DNA of 63,587 nucleotides, the filler included, from Limisphaerales bacterium (GTDB lineage: Bacteria; Verrucomicrobiota; Verrucomicrobiia; Limisphaerales; SIBE01), in NCBI GenBank assembly GCA_044225505.1. It is 3 parts of 3 records of this genome, joined end to end, with 100 filler letters (N's around TTAATTAATTAA, not from the genome) between each part and the next. Parts side by side here need not be neighbours in the genome. Positions count along the whole stretch, not along the records: positions 23,872 to 47,704 come from JBGAIN010000134.1; 2 more parts are not named here. The stretch is one strand, 5' to 3'. The stretch's first letter is position 1; every line of letters starts with the position of its first letter. The translations under genes were made by a program, and so were the position numbers. Below are positions 39,643 to 47,804 of the stretch, piece by piece. The notes below the pieces were generated by a model, which saw nothing but the letters and a program-made list of their open reading frames with translations, ran no database searches and was not told where the DNA came from.

Positions 39643-41061
39643 CTAGAGCGTTTTAGCTCGATAGTACCGCTGCGAGAGCGTAGACGCGGCTGGATCGATC
39701 ACGGAGAGGATTCCCCCCACGGCTGGACCATTCGCGATCGGCGTCCACTCGCTTAGGTCACTCGAAGTTTCCACGAGGATATTGGCCCCGGCTTGGGCCT
39801 TGACTTGAAACTGTACCGTCCCATTTGGCAGCCTGACAAAACTCTGGATCTCAGGAGGTTGTTGTTGTGTGCCTCCGGAGGGCTTGAGTTCAAAGTCCGT
39901 GGTCTTCGAGTAGCTCGCATAGGCAATCACGTTCTCGATCGAATTGGTGTCAAACCCGCTCGTTTTGCTGAACGATAAGAACCCTTGAATGGTTCCACCA
40001 GCTGCGAAAGTGTTCGCGGGCACGACGATGGACGTCGCTGTGTTCGACAACAACCGAGGCACGCATGGATCTGGCGCAGCAAAGGAGTTTCCGGCGTCGT
40101 CATTAAGGTTTAGAAAGATGCTGTCATTGGCCGTCGCTCCAGAGTATGGCAGCCACTGGAGTGTAAAGTCCTTACTCGCATCGTAAGCCTGCGTCTGAGG
40201 ATAGTTCGACAGTTGCGGCACGGGCAGAGTGCCCGCGGCCCCAATTTGGAATGTGACCGTTGATGCGCCCGTCGCTTGTTTCACCGAGATCGCATAGGTC
40301 CCAGATGGATACGCCGCTTCGAGCGCAGCTTCCGTCGCGAACTCTTCGACGAGAAAGAATGTTCCGAAAAGGTTGGGTAACGATTTGGTCGTTCCATTCG
40401 GAAGAACAACGGTCGCTTCCGTAAAGGGGTTCGACTTGGGAGAAACCGCTGAGGCGGCGAAAACTGCTCCGCTATCTGGGTCGATCACCGGGGGGGCCGC
40501 GCTCGTTTGCAAATAATGAATCGTCTTGGACATCGAAAGGCTTCCATTATTGCTGTTAGTTGAGCCCCCATTGCAGGGGTCATTCGGATTCGATTGCCCA
40601 GATCCTGTCGTGAAAGAGCCCGAGTTATTGACGGAGAGCAATGCGACCCCGGATTTGTCCTTAAAGACGGTAGGATCAAGCGTCCATGTAATCGTCGCAT
40701 TCGACGGCAAGTCGCCACCGTAGGTTGCGGTCAGCGTTTTGCTATCTGCGCTCCACGAATAACTGAACTTGTCCGGAGAGAGATTGGAGCTCCACGCGAC
40801 GGCGTAGGCTGCATCCATGGCGACGAGAAACGTGAACGACACCGGAGTGTTAATAGCGACATTATTCGCGCCGCTGGCAGGACTACTTGAAATCAATATG
40901 GGCGGTATTCCCCCTGGGATATCGGGAATGTCAGGAAAGCCCGGGATATTACCCGGAGCAAAAGTGAGTTGACTTGCATTGACGCTGCCCAGACAGCAAA
41001 AGAGGAAGATAAGCTCTCGCCAAGCGCAACCGCGGACAGTGAGCAAAGATTTCAATTTCAT
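39643..41061 (-). CDS. Secreted Ig-like (Big_5/SbsA-type) domain protein with C-terminal 'YYR' domain
   Basis: Signal peptide; SSPASGANNVAINTPVSFTF; C-terminal VETSSDLSEW...RYYRAKTL. Confidence 0.75.
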   Translation of the reverse strand: MKLKSLLTVRGCAWRELIFLFCCLGSVNASQLTFAPGNIPGFPDIPDIPGGIPPILISSSPASGANNVAINTPVSFTFLVAMDAAYAVAWSSNLSPDKFSYSWSADSKTLTATYGGDLPSNATITWTLDPTVFKDKSGVALLSVNNSGSFTTGSGQSNPNDPCNGGSTNSNNGSLSMSKTIHYLQTSAAPPVIDPDSGAVFAASAVSPKSNPFTEATVVLPNGTTKSLPNLFGTFFLVEEFATEAALEAAYPSGTYAISVKQATGASTVTFQIGAAGTLPVPQLSNYPQTQAYDASKDFTLQWLPYSGATANDSIFLNLNDDAGNSFAAPDPCVPRLLSNTATSIVVPANTFAAGGTIQGFLSFSKTSGFDTNSIENVIAYASYSKTTDFELKPSGGTQQQPPEIQSFVRLPNGTVQFQVKAQAGANILVETSSDLSEWTPIANGPAVGGILSVIDPAASTLSQRYYRAKTL

Positions 41062-41210
41062 AGTAAGCGACTGAGGGTTCCAGTCCAACAACACCCATCT
41101 TATGCAATCGGGCGCCCGAATTCAACGCTTTAGCGCTGTAAAGGCCACACGCTCGCTTCTGAACGAGTTTTGACGGAACTCCACGGACTGGACAGAGGGC
41201 TATGGTCCGG

Positions 41211-42893
41211 TCATTCCTTGGGCGCCGAGTCCGTCCCAGACCCTACCGGCAGGCCTTCGCCAGGCGATGGGGATGCCGTTGGGTTCGGAACCGATGAATC
41301 CGAACTGGCTTCGGGAGGCGCCGAGTGCGCAGTTGCCACATTTCCGCCATCTTCCTTTTGAGGAGCTTCCGAGACTGGAACGGATTCTTCAACCGCGGCG
41401 GTCGGTTCGCCCGAGACTTCGCCGGCAGCGGTGCCTTCCACGTCGGGTGCTGCTGCAGGGTTCGCGGACGGTTCCGATCTCGGGGGGCGGACCACGGGCT
41501 TTTTGGCAAGTTCGACGAGGCCTTTGGCGAACTCAATGACATGCCCTTGATGGATAAGCCAGTGCAGATCACTGATAACCGCAGCCATTTCGGGAGTTGG
41601 GGAAGGCTCGGTTCCTGGCACTGGCGGTTGCGGGGCGGTCCCTGCCGGTGGCACCGGGATGGGAGCGAGGGCCTCGAGAATCTTTCGCCGAGTGCATCCC
41701 GAAGTCGCCTGGATAAGGTCAACAATTCTCTGAACCCCCTCAGACACCGGAGTTAATTCGAGGTCAAGGTAACGCGGGCGCGCAACGGCGACGTGAGTCA
41801 CGGTCTTGTTAACCTTAAAGAACTGCAGACCGTGACCCGCAAATTGTTGACTGAGGACATTCACCATCTTAAGCGGGAATCGCATCTGTTCGTCCCAGGA
41901 CCGACGAACGAGCCGCTGCAAGGCCGAAGTGGGAAGCGCCTGGGCACTCGGCCCGCTCAGCGAATGAGTTTCGACTGATTTAATCACGTTAGCCAAGTGA
42001 GTCTGCCGGAAGTGCTGTTCCACTTCCTCCCGACTACCCAGCTTTAACGTCTCAGGCACGTTCAAGCAGATGTACTCCGTCTTCCAACTCTGATCTTCGA
42101 GCCACTTCTTTACGACCACTTCGTCACGGACGATCTTGATCCGCGACTTAAACGCTTCAAAGGGCATTCGAGAAAAGCGCTCACTGTGCAATTTGCGCAG
42201 TTTCCCTTGATAGTCGTGATAGTTTGGCGGTCCTAGAATCGCGCCGGTCATGCCGCACTGAGCGACAAAGGTGTAGGTACCCTTGGGAGGATCGGTCGGA
42301 GTTCGTTCGGATTGATAGAACGTGGCGAAGTGTTTTCCCAGGACGTAGTCAATCGCTTCTTGCTCGGAAAGCCACAGCGTGTCGTCCAAGGCGCAAACGA
42401 ACAGCGCCTGCGCTATTTGACCATCCGCCTTCTTGATGACGCTAAATCGGACGTTGTATCGGTCCGGCTTTTTTAGAATCAAAAAGGCAATATCGAACAG
42501 CGGATAGGCACGCCCAGTAAGACGAATTTGCCGGGCCAGAGATTCGACCCCCTTTTCCTCCGGTATGAAAGAGACATTAACATCCAGCGGCGGAGGCGCA
42601 GGTTCTATCCGTTCTGGACGGCGCCCCCGATCTTGCGGGCGCCCACCGCTATCACCGCGATTCCCTCGCGGACCACCGCCGCCGCCACTTCGGCCATCCG
42701 GACGGCGCGCCGGACGATCAAAGCGCCGTTCTCGGCGGTCACCACGATCTGACCGCGACCGGTCGAAGCGGTCTTCGCCGCCTTCGAATTTTGCATACTT
42801 ATTTTCCGCGGGCTTTTGGGCCCACGCCGGCAAAAAGTGCAGGTCAAGATCGAGACCTAACTCGGACGACCCGGACTCAGGCGATGTACTCAT
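41211..42893 (-). CDS. Hypothetical protein with Arg/Gly-rich N-terminus and possible C-terminal winged helix
   Basis: 560-aa ORF; LGPPNYHDYQ; DLHWLIHQGHVIEF; low-complexity ends. Confidence 0.75.
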   Translation of the reverse strand: MSTSPESGSSELGLDLDLHFLPAWAQKPAENKYAKFEGGEDRFDRSRSDRGDRRERRFDRPARRPDGRSGGGGGPRGNRGDSGGRPQDRGRRPERIEPAPPPLDVNVSFIPEEKGVESLARQIRLTGRAYPLFDIAFLILKKPDRYNVRFSVIKKADGQIAQALFVCALDDTLWLSEQEAIDYVLGKHFATFYQSERTPTDPPKGTYTFVAQCGMTGAILGPPNYHDYQGKLRKLHSERFSRMPFEAFKSRIKIVRDEVVVKKWLEDQSWKTEYICLNVPETLKLGSREEVEQHFRQTHLANVIKSVETHSLSGPSAQALPTSALQRLVRRSWDEQMRFPLKMVNVLSQQFAGHGLQFFKVNKTVTHVAVARPRYLDLELTPVSEGVQRIVDLIQATSGCTRRKILEALAPIPVPPAGTAPQPPVPGTEPSPTPEMAAVISDLHWLIHQGHVIEFAKGLVELAKKPVVRPPRSEPSANPAAAPDVEGTAAGEVSGEPTAAVEESVPVSEAPQKEDGGNVATAHSAPPEASSDSSVPNPTASPSPGEGLPVGSGTDSAPKE

Positions 42894-43161
42894 TCGATAA
42901 AAAATTCAGCGCCAGCGAACCGGCGCCGTGAACAATTAACAACCAAAGCATGGAGCGGGTGGTCCCGCATTGCAAGCATGGGCTTTACCCTCAGAGTTTT
43001 CAAGCTTCCATTCGCTGCCACAGGCGCTTTATCCCTCTCAAAGACGGTGAAAGGGGGGGGGGAACTCCGGGAATGGTGCCGACCTGAGGAGAACTTGGAT
43101 TTGGGATTGCGGATCCTAAAGCAACTGAGTATACGGCGCGATCGATCGATCGTACAATCGT

Positions 43162-44559
43162 ATGTTGACTCTGAACGAACTTGACGAGCGTGCTGCGCAG
43201 GATGAATGGTATCTCCCGCGTTTTGGTGCCTCACCTCAGACTGTTACAGCCAAGAAAGAGCTAGCCGCTGCCGTTCTGAGGACTTTTTCCGACTCCTTCC
43301 CTGATTCCGGGAGTCGAACGGGGGTGGCTTGTTTCGTGCCGGGCCGACTCGAGTTGCTGGGGAAACATACGGACTACGCTGGCGGCCATAGCTGGGTGGG
43401 CGCGGTGGATCGAGGGTTCTTTTGTGTGGCCAGTCGGAACGGAACTGGCCGGATCCGTATGGTACCAGCAAAATCTTCCTTTCCTCCAATCGAATTTGAA
43501 CTGAGTTCCGCTTTACAACCTGTCGTGGGAACCTGGGGGAATTACCCAATCACCGTTGCCAAGCGCTTAGCCTCGAATTTCGCCGATGAACTCGGAGCAG
43601 CGCCGTGTGGGGTCGATGTAGCGTTTGCGTCGGACTTGCCAATCGCGGCCGGACTGAGCGGGTCTTCCGCTCTCATGATTTTAACGTTTTTCGCGCTCGC
43701 GCTGCCAAATCAGTTAATGCGGAGCAAAACATTTCAGCGCAATATCGTGACGAGTGTCGATCTGGCAACTTATCTGGCCTGTATCGAAAACGGGCAAAGT
43801 TTTCGGGATTTGCCAGGTGGAGGAGGGGTGGGAACTTTCGGTGGAAGTGAAGATCACGCGGCGATCATGCTTTCTGAGGCGGGATGCACTTCCTTATTTA
43901 GGTTTTGTCCAACCGTTCACGAGTCCACCTCCTGCTTTCCTGAGGATCTTGCCATTGTCGTGGCAAACTCCGGAGTCCAAGCGCCCAAAACTGGGACTGC
44001 CATGGAACAATTTAATCATGTCTCGCGACGCGCCGCCCTGGCGGTGGCGAAGTTTAACTCGGATTTCCAAGCCAGCCATAGCAATCTTCGTGAGATCGTG
44101 ACTGACGTCTGTTCGAGGAGGCTTGGCGATCAGGCTGCGGTCGAGCGAAACTTCCAGAAGGACGCAGCGAGTCGCGATCTATGGGAGCGATACGTCCAAT
44201 TCCAACGCGAAGACACTGAGTTTATTCCCGAGGCGCTACGAGCTTTGAGCGCACGCGACTACTCCAGGCTTGGACGGGTCATTGATGAGTCTCACGATTT
44301 GTCGCGTGAATACCTAAGAAACATCATTCCAGAGATAGACCGTCTGCAACGATCCGCTCGTGCTCTGGGGGCCGTCGCTGCATCTGGATTTGGCGCAGGA
44401 TTTGGAGGGTCGGCCTATGCGATTGTGCCGAAACCGCTAGAGTGCGAGTTCCAGAAAGCGTGGCGAGAAGATTATCTCCGCCAATTCCCCGAGCGGAGCG
44501 GAGTTGTTGAGATTTTTGCGGTAAGCTTGAGCGGCAGAGCGGGTGCGATGTTCGAATAA
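43162..44559 (+). CDS. GHMP kinase, galactokinase-like (divergent)
   Basis: PGRLELLGKHTDYAGG; PIAAGLSGSSA; GAGFGGS. Confidence 0.82.
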   Translation: MLTLNELDERAAQDEWYLPRFGASPQTVTAKKELAAAVLRTFSDSFPDSGSRTGVACFVPGRLELLGKHTDYAGGHSWVGAVDRGFFCVASRNGTGRIRMVPAKSSFPPIEFELSSALQPVVGTWGNYPITVAKRLASNFADELGAAPCGVDVAFASDLPIAAGLSGSSALMILTFFALALPNQLMRSKTFQRNIVTSVDLATYLACIENGQSFRDLPGGGGVGTFGGSEDHAAIMLSEAGCTSLFRFCPTVHESTSCFPEDLAIVVANSGVQAPKTGTAMEQFNHVSRRAALAVAKFNSDFQASHSNLREIVTDVCSRRLGDQAAVERNFQKDAASRDLWERYVQFQREDTEFIPEALRALSARDYSRLGRVIDESHDLSREYLRNIIPEIDRLQRSARALGAVAASGFGAGFGGSAYAIVPKPLECEFQKAWREDYLRQFPERSGVVEIFAVSLSGRAGAMFE

Positions 44560-44608
44560 CGCGCCTCACGATTTGGTGGGGTCCGACACCTGATTGGGCA
44601 AAAAGTGC

Positions 44609-44636
44609 TTGCATCAGGCGATGATCTCGCTACTTT
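44609..44636 (+). promoter_or_regulatory. Putative sigma70 promoter of rpmB
   Basis: TTGCAT-16 nt-TACTTT with upstream A-tract, about 33 nt before the ATG. Confidence 0.5.
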
Positions 44637-44669
44637 TCACCCTCCCTTCCGCGAGAGGGGTAATACTTT

Positions 44670-44939
44670 ATGTCGAGAATTTGCGAATTGACCGGTAAGG
44701 GCCCAATCAAAGGAAGCATCATTTGGCGTAGTGGTAAAGCCAAGAAGCAGGGTGGTATTGGTACCCACGTGACGGCCATTACCAAGCGCCGGTTCATGCC
44801 AAACCTTCAGCGCGTGAAGGCCATTATCGATGGCGAGGTGCGTTATGTCCGCGTTTCCACCACCGCAATCAAGAAGGGCTTGGTAGTCAAGGCTCCGAAG
44901 CGGACCTGGAAAAAGGGACAGACGGCAACTGCGTCCTGA
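44670..44939 (+). CDS. rpmB: 50S ribosomal protein L28
   Basis: MSRICELTGK...KKQGGIG...TKRRFMPNLQ. Confidence 0.95.
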   Translation: MSRICELTGKGPIKGSIIWRSGKAKKQGGIGTHVTAITKRRFMPNLQRVKAIIDGEVRYVRVSTTAIKKGLVVKAPKRTWKKGQTATAS

Positions 44940-45121
44940 GCGTTGCGTGACGCAGCGTATGGACGGGTTGGAGGTTTAGCGGCGAAACGAGCATCTCCCA
45001 ATTGGGGATTTGCTCTGGAAGTTGCGAGGCCCCTGGGCTGATCCACTTTCTGGTCTTCGGCTTACTCCATGTCTCTACCGAACGGGTTGAGAGCACCGTT
45101 GCGTTAACCCTGACCTCCTGC

Positions 45122-45577
45122 TCACTTCTGCTTTAGTCGAGACATCGTTGCACGTTTCAGCTCGCGGTCCGCTTCACGCGTTTTGATATCGTCCCGCTTA
45201 TCGAATTCGACTTTCCCCTTGCCCACTCCAATGGCCACTTTCACTTTCCCATTCTTCCAATAGAAGGAAAGTGGGACGAGGGTATTCCCCTTGCTGGAAG
45301 CAAGTTCGGCCAGTTTTCGGATTTCGCGTTTGTGTAAAAGAAGCTTGCGGATCGACTTCGGCTGGTGATTTGACCGGTTACCGTGGGAGTACTCTTCGAT
45401 GTGAGCGTTGTAAAGCAACGCTTGCTCATTCTCCACCCGTGCGAAGGCATCACGGATTTGACCCAAGCCTGCACGTAAAGCTTTGACTTCGGTCCCGCGG
45501 AGGACGATTCCGGCCTCGAAAACCTCGAGGATGTGATAATCGCGTCGAGCTTTTGAGTTAGTAAGTATATCCGCCAT
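45122..45577 (-). CDS. smpB: SsrA-binding protein SmpB
   Basis: NSKARRDY, EAGIVLRGTEVKALR, RKLLLHKREI and GKGK..FDKR. Confidence 0.96.
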   Translation of the reverse strand: MADILTNSKARRDYHILEVFEAGIVLRGTEVKALRAGLGQIRDAFARVENEQALLYNAHIEEYSHGNRSNHQPKSIRKLLLHKREIRKLAELASSKGNTLVPLSFYWKNGKVKVAIGVGKGKVEFDKRDDIKTREADRELKRATMSRLKQK

Positions 45578-45631
45578 GTCCTAATGTCGTCCAAAAGGAC
45601 ACTGGTTGCGACACCTGGAGACAAGCCAGGC

Positions 45632-45880
45632 TCAGGCCTTCTTCTTCTTCTTGCCAGCTTCGGACAGCACCGGAACTTCGAGTGCTTCCCAATCTAGCTT
45701 ACCTTCAATAAGTTCCAACATGGCGACATCGGCCGCACCCAAGCCAGCCGTGTCGATGACGAGGGGGCGCGCTCCAGGGCCGCCACCGGTCAACTGCCGG
45801 ACTCGCCTCGAAACGATATTTACCATAACGTTGGGATTACCAACCCGCTCCAAGGCCTTCTTGCAAAGTTCGCTATTCAA
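45632..45880 (-). CDS. rpoZ: RNA polymerase omega subunit
   Basis: Short ORF with VNIVSRRVRQL...RPLV...AMLELIEGKL. Confidence 0.8.
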   Translation of the reverse strand: MNSELCKKALERVGNPNVMVNIVSRRVRQLTGGGPGARPLVIDTAGLGAADVAMLELIEGKLDWEALEVPVLSEAGKKKKKA

Positions 45881-46088
45881 TTGTTCCTCTCTTCTTATCT
45901 ACTCGATCGTACGGGGTGGCTAGGCTAATCATCCTCGCTCCTGAAGCAACAGAAAAATTGCGCGATCATTCGTTTACTGGCAATTCGGTTTTCGAAAACA
46001 CGGCTTAGGTCTCCTTTTGTATGAAACCTTTTTTGAACACCCACGTCACTAAGTTGTCAGTGAGTCAACCAGTTACCGAATCATTGCT

Positions 46089-46589
46089 ATGAACAAAATC
46101 GCCTTTGCACTTGCTTGTTTTGCATTCGCGGGATCAGTCAATGCTGCGCTGAAGCCAGGCGACAGCTTGAGTCCATATGAGGTTAAGAATGTCGAATCGG
46201 GCAAAGAATACTGCCAAGTTTGCGCCTACGGGGCTAAAGCTGGAAAAATAGTTGCCTTCGGCAAGCTAAACGACGACGCCTTTTGGGCGGACCTTAAACA
46301 GTTGCAGACACTTCAGGATTCCTACAAGAGCCTTGGCGTGTTCGCTCAGATTATCGACTCTAAGGATGTTAAAGCTATCAAAGCGGCCGCCGATAAGCAT
46401 GGCGTTAAATTCCCCGTCGTGATCGCGGTCAAGAAGGATTGGGACAATGCTTACAAAGTGGACGGGGTCAGCCGAACGATTTACTACGCTCAGCAAAACA
46501 ACAAAATCGTTTGGACCTCCACCGCAGGATTAGCGAGTGACGCAGCCAAAGATCTCAGTAGCAAGGTGAAGAAGGATCTGGCAAGCTGA
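46089..46589 (+). CDS. Exported thioredoxin/peroxiredoxin-fold protein (CxxC)
   Basis: Signal peptide; LKPGD; CQVC; VKFPVV...YKVDG pattern. Confidence 0.7.
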   Translation: MNKIAFALACFAFAGSVNAALKPGDSLSPYEVKNVESGKEYCQVCAYGAKAGKIVAFGKLNDDAFWADLKQLQTLQDSYKSLGVFAQIIDSKDVKAIKAAADKHGVKFPVVIAVKKDWDNAYKVDGVSRTIYYAQQNNKIVWTSTAGLASDAAKDLSSKVKKDLAS

Positions 46590-46598
46590 GGTTGCTTT

Positions 46599-46725
46599 AT
46601 AGAGACGGCACACCGCGCGAAATGTGCATCCGTCAAGATTGATCCTTGACTGTCGGAATTTCCGACGACTCCAGAGTCTCTGCCCGCCCTTTGCGGGCGA
46701 GGGTTGTGCGGTAAACCGTCTCTAT
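46599..46725 (+). ncRNA. Candidate structured RNA (closing stem plus four-hairpin junction)
   Basis: ATAGAGACGG/CCGTCTCTAT; ACCGCGCGA/TTGTGCGGT with two G-U pairs; internal hairpins GTCAAG/CTTGAC, GTCGGA/TCCGAC, GACT/AGTC and GCCCGC/GCGGGC. Confidence 0.5.
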
Positions 46726-46739
46726 TTCTTCAGGGCGAG

Positions 46740-46775
46740 AGGCCGGCAAACTCGCTGTTTGCCGGCCTTCTTGTT
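46740..46775 (+). terminator. Rho-independent terminator-like hairpin
   Basis: AGGCCGGCAAAC-TCGCT-GTTTGCCGGCCT followed by TCTTGTT, between convergent genes. Confidence 0.65.
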
Positions 46776-46842
46776 CCGCTCGTGAGTTGTCTTCCAGCGC
46801 TTTCTTGCCGATGATTGCGGTCTTCTGGAGAAGTGTTTCGTT

Positions 46843-47175
46843 CTAGCTCGCGAGAATATTCGGAATTTTCTTCACAGCGTCCAAAGCGCGGCCGTACGTC
46901 TGCGTCCAATAATTCGGATTGACCAACCGCTCGGTGCTCATCTGCTCCTGACGCATGACGCTCGGGAGCAATTCCAAGAATAGCTGCACCGTCGTGAGCG
47001 GCTGGGCCACACTATGTCGCATAGCGCTGATCCGTGCACGGAACTCCGCCTCCTGCTCGGCCTTGGCTCGTAACAGGGTTTGCACTTCTCGCTCCAGTTG
47101 CGCGAGCTTTTCCCCCAGCGCGCCCCCGCTTCCGGCGGCGGCTTTAATTTCGTTCAACGTACTCAAGATTTCCAT
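46843..47175 (-). CDS. Small helical protein with HisKA-like H-box
   Basis: Coiled coil followed by AMRHSVAQPLTTVQLFLELL; no ATPase domain. Confidence 0.55.
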   Translation of the reverse strand: MEILSTLNEIKAAAGSGGALGEKLAQLEREVQTLLRAKAEQEAEFRARISAMRHSVAQPLTTVQLFLELLPSVMRQEQMSTERLVNPNYWTQTYGRALDAVKKIPNILAS

Positions 47176-47259
47176 AATCGGGCGGATCGCAGAGAAAACA
47201 TCAAGTGCGATCAAGGCATTGGCCTGCGGGAGATTACAACGAGCACCGACGGTATTACA

Positions 47260-47566
47260 ACGATTCAGATAGGGGATCGAGGGATTCTGAGTGCGGAGGG
47301 ATTAGACCGCGATGGTGTTCCACGGACCAGCCTCAGATGCTCATCGACAATACAGGTTTATGCCGAGAAAGAACCTCGACCGGAGGTGCCTCTCCGGTAG
47401 CTTTGCAGGTGCGTCGGACTGGATTGGATGTGTCTTAACGTGGCCGAACGACGCGCTGCTCGAGTCTTCACCGGCTTTGCCGGGAGGCTGGCGCACGGTC
47501 AATGGAGCGACCCGCCCGTACAAACTGTCCCTCGCGGGAAGCCAATTCTATCGTTTGCGTCGGCCC
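47260..47566 (+). pseudogene. Degraded 3' remnant of a secreted protein with C-terminal 'FYR' domain
   Basis: Segments in different frames join to PQMLIDN/IQVYAE...GGASPVALQVRRTGLDV/VLTWPNDALLESSPAL...QFYRLRRP; no intact 5' part. Confidence 0.5.
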
Positions 47567-47704
47567 AGGGCAGACGCATCTAAAATATTTCAGGAGAGTG
47601 CTGACAGCCGCTAAGGCACTAGGCAAATTTTGCCTTGTACACCAAGGACTTATGTATAAATAGAAGAGGATGCAAAAGCATCCTACTCTAAGTTTGGTGG
47701 AACA
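47566..47704 (+). mobile_element. ISAs1-family insertion sequence, left end and transposase start; cut by contig end
   Basis: Terminus CAGGGCAGACGCATC resembles ISAs1/H-repeat inverted repeats. ATG at 47670 after GAGG gives MQKHPTLSLVE. The contig breaks inside the element, as expected for a repeated IS. Confidence 0.65.
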
Positions 47705-47804
47705 NNNNNNNNNNNNNNNNNNNNNNNNNNNNNNNNNNNNNNNNNNNNTTAATTAATTAANNNNNNNNNNNNNNNNNNNNNNNNNNNNNNNNNNNNNNNN
47801 NNNN
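47705..47804. other. Artificial contig spacer (44 N + TTAATTAATTAA + 44 N)
   Basis: Same linker as 23772-23871. Confidence 0.97.

Noticed and set aside
46599..46725. tRNA, tmRNA, SECIS or retron msr-msd interpretation
   Set aside because: No TpsiC/D-loop or CCA end; too short for tmRNA; no in-frame UGA within the redoxin; no reverse transcriptase in the window.
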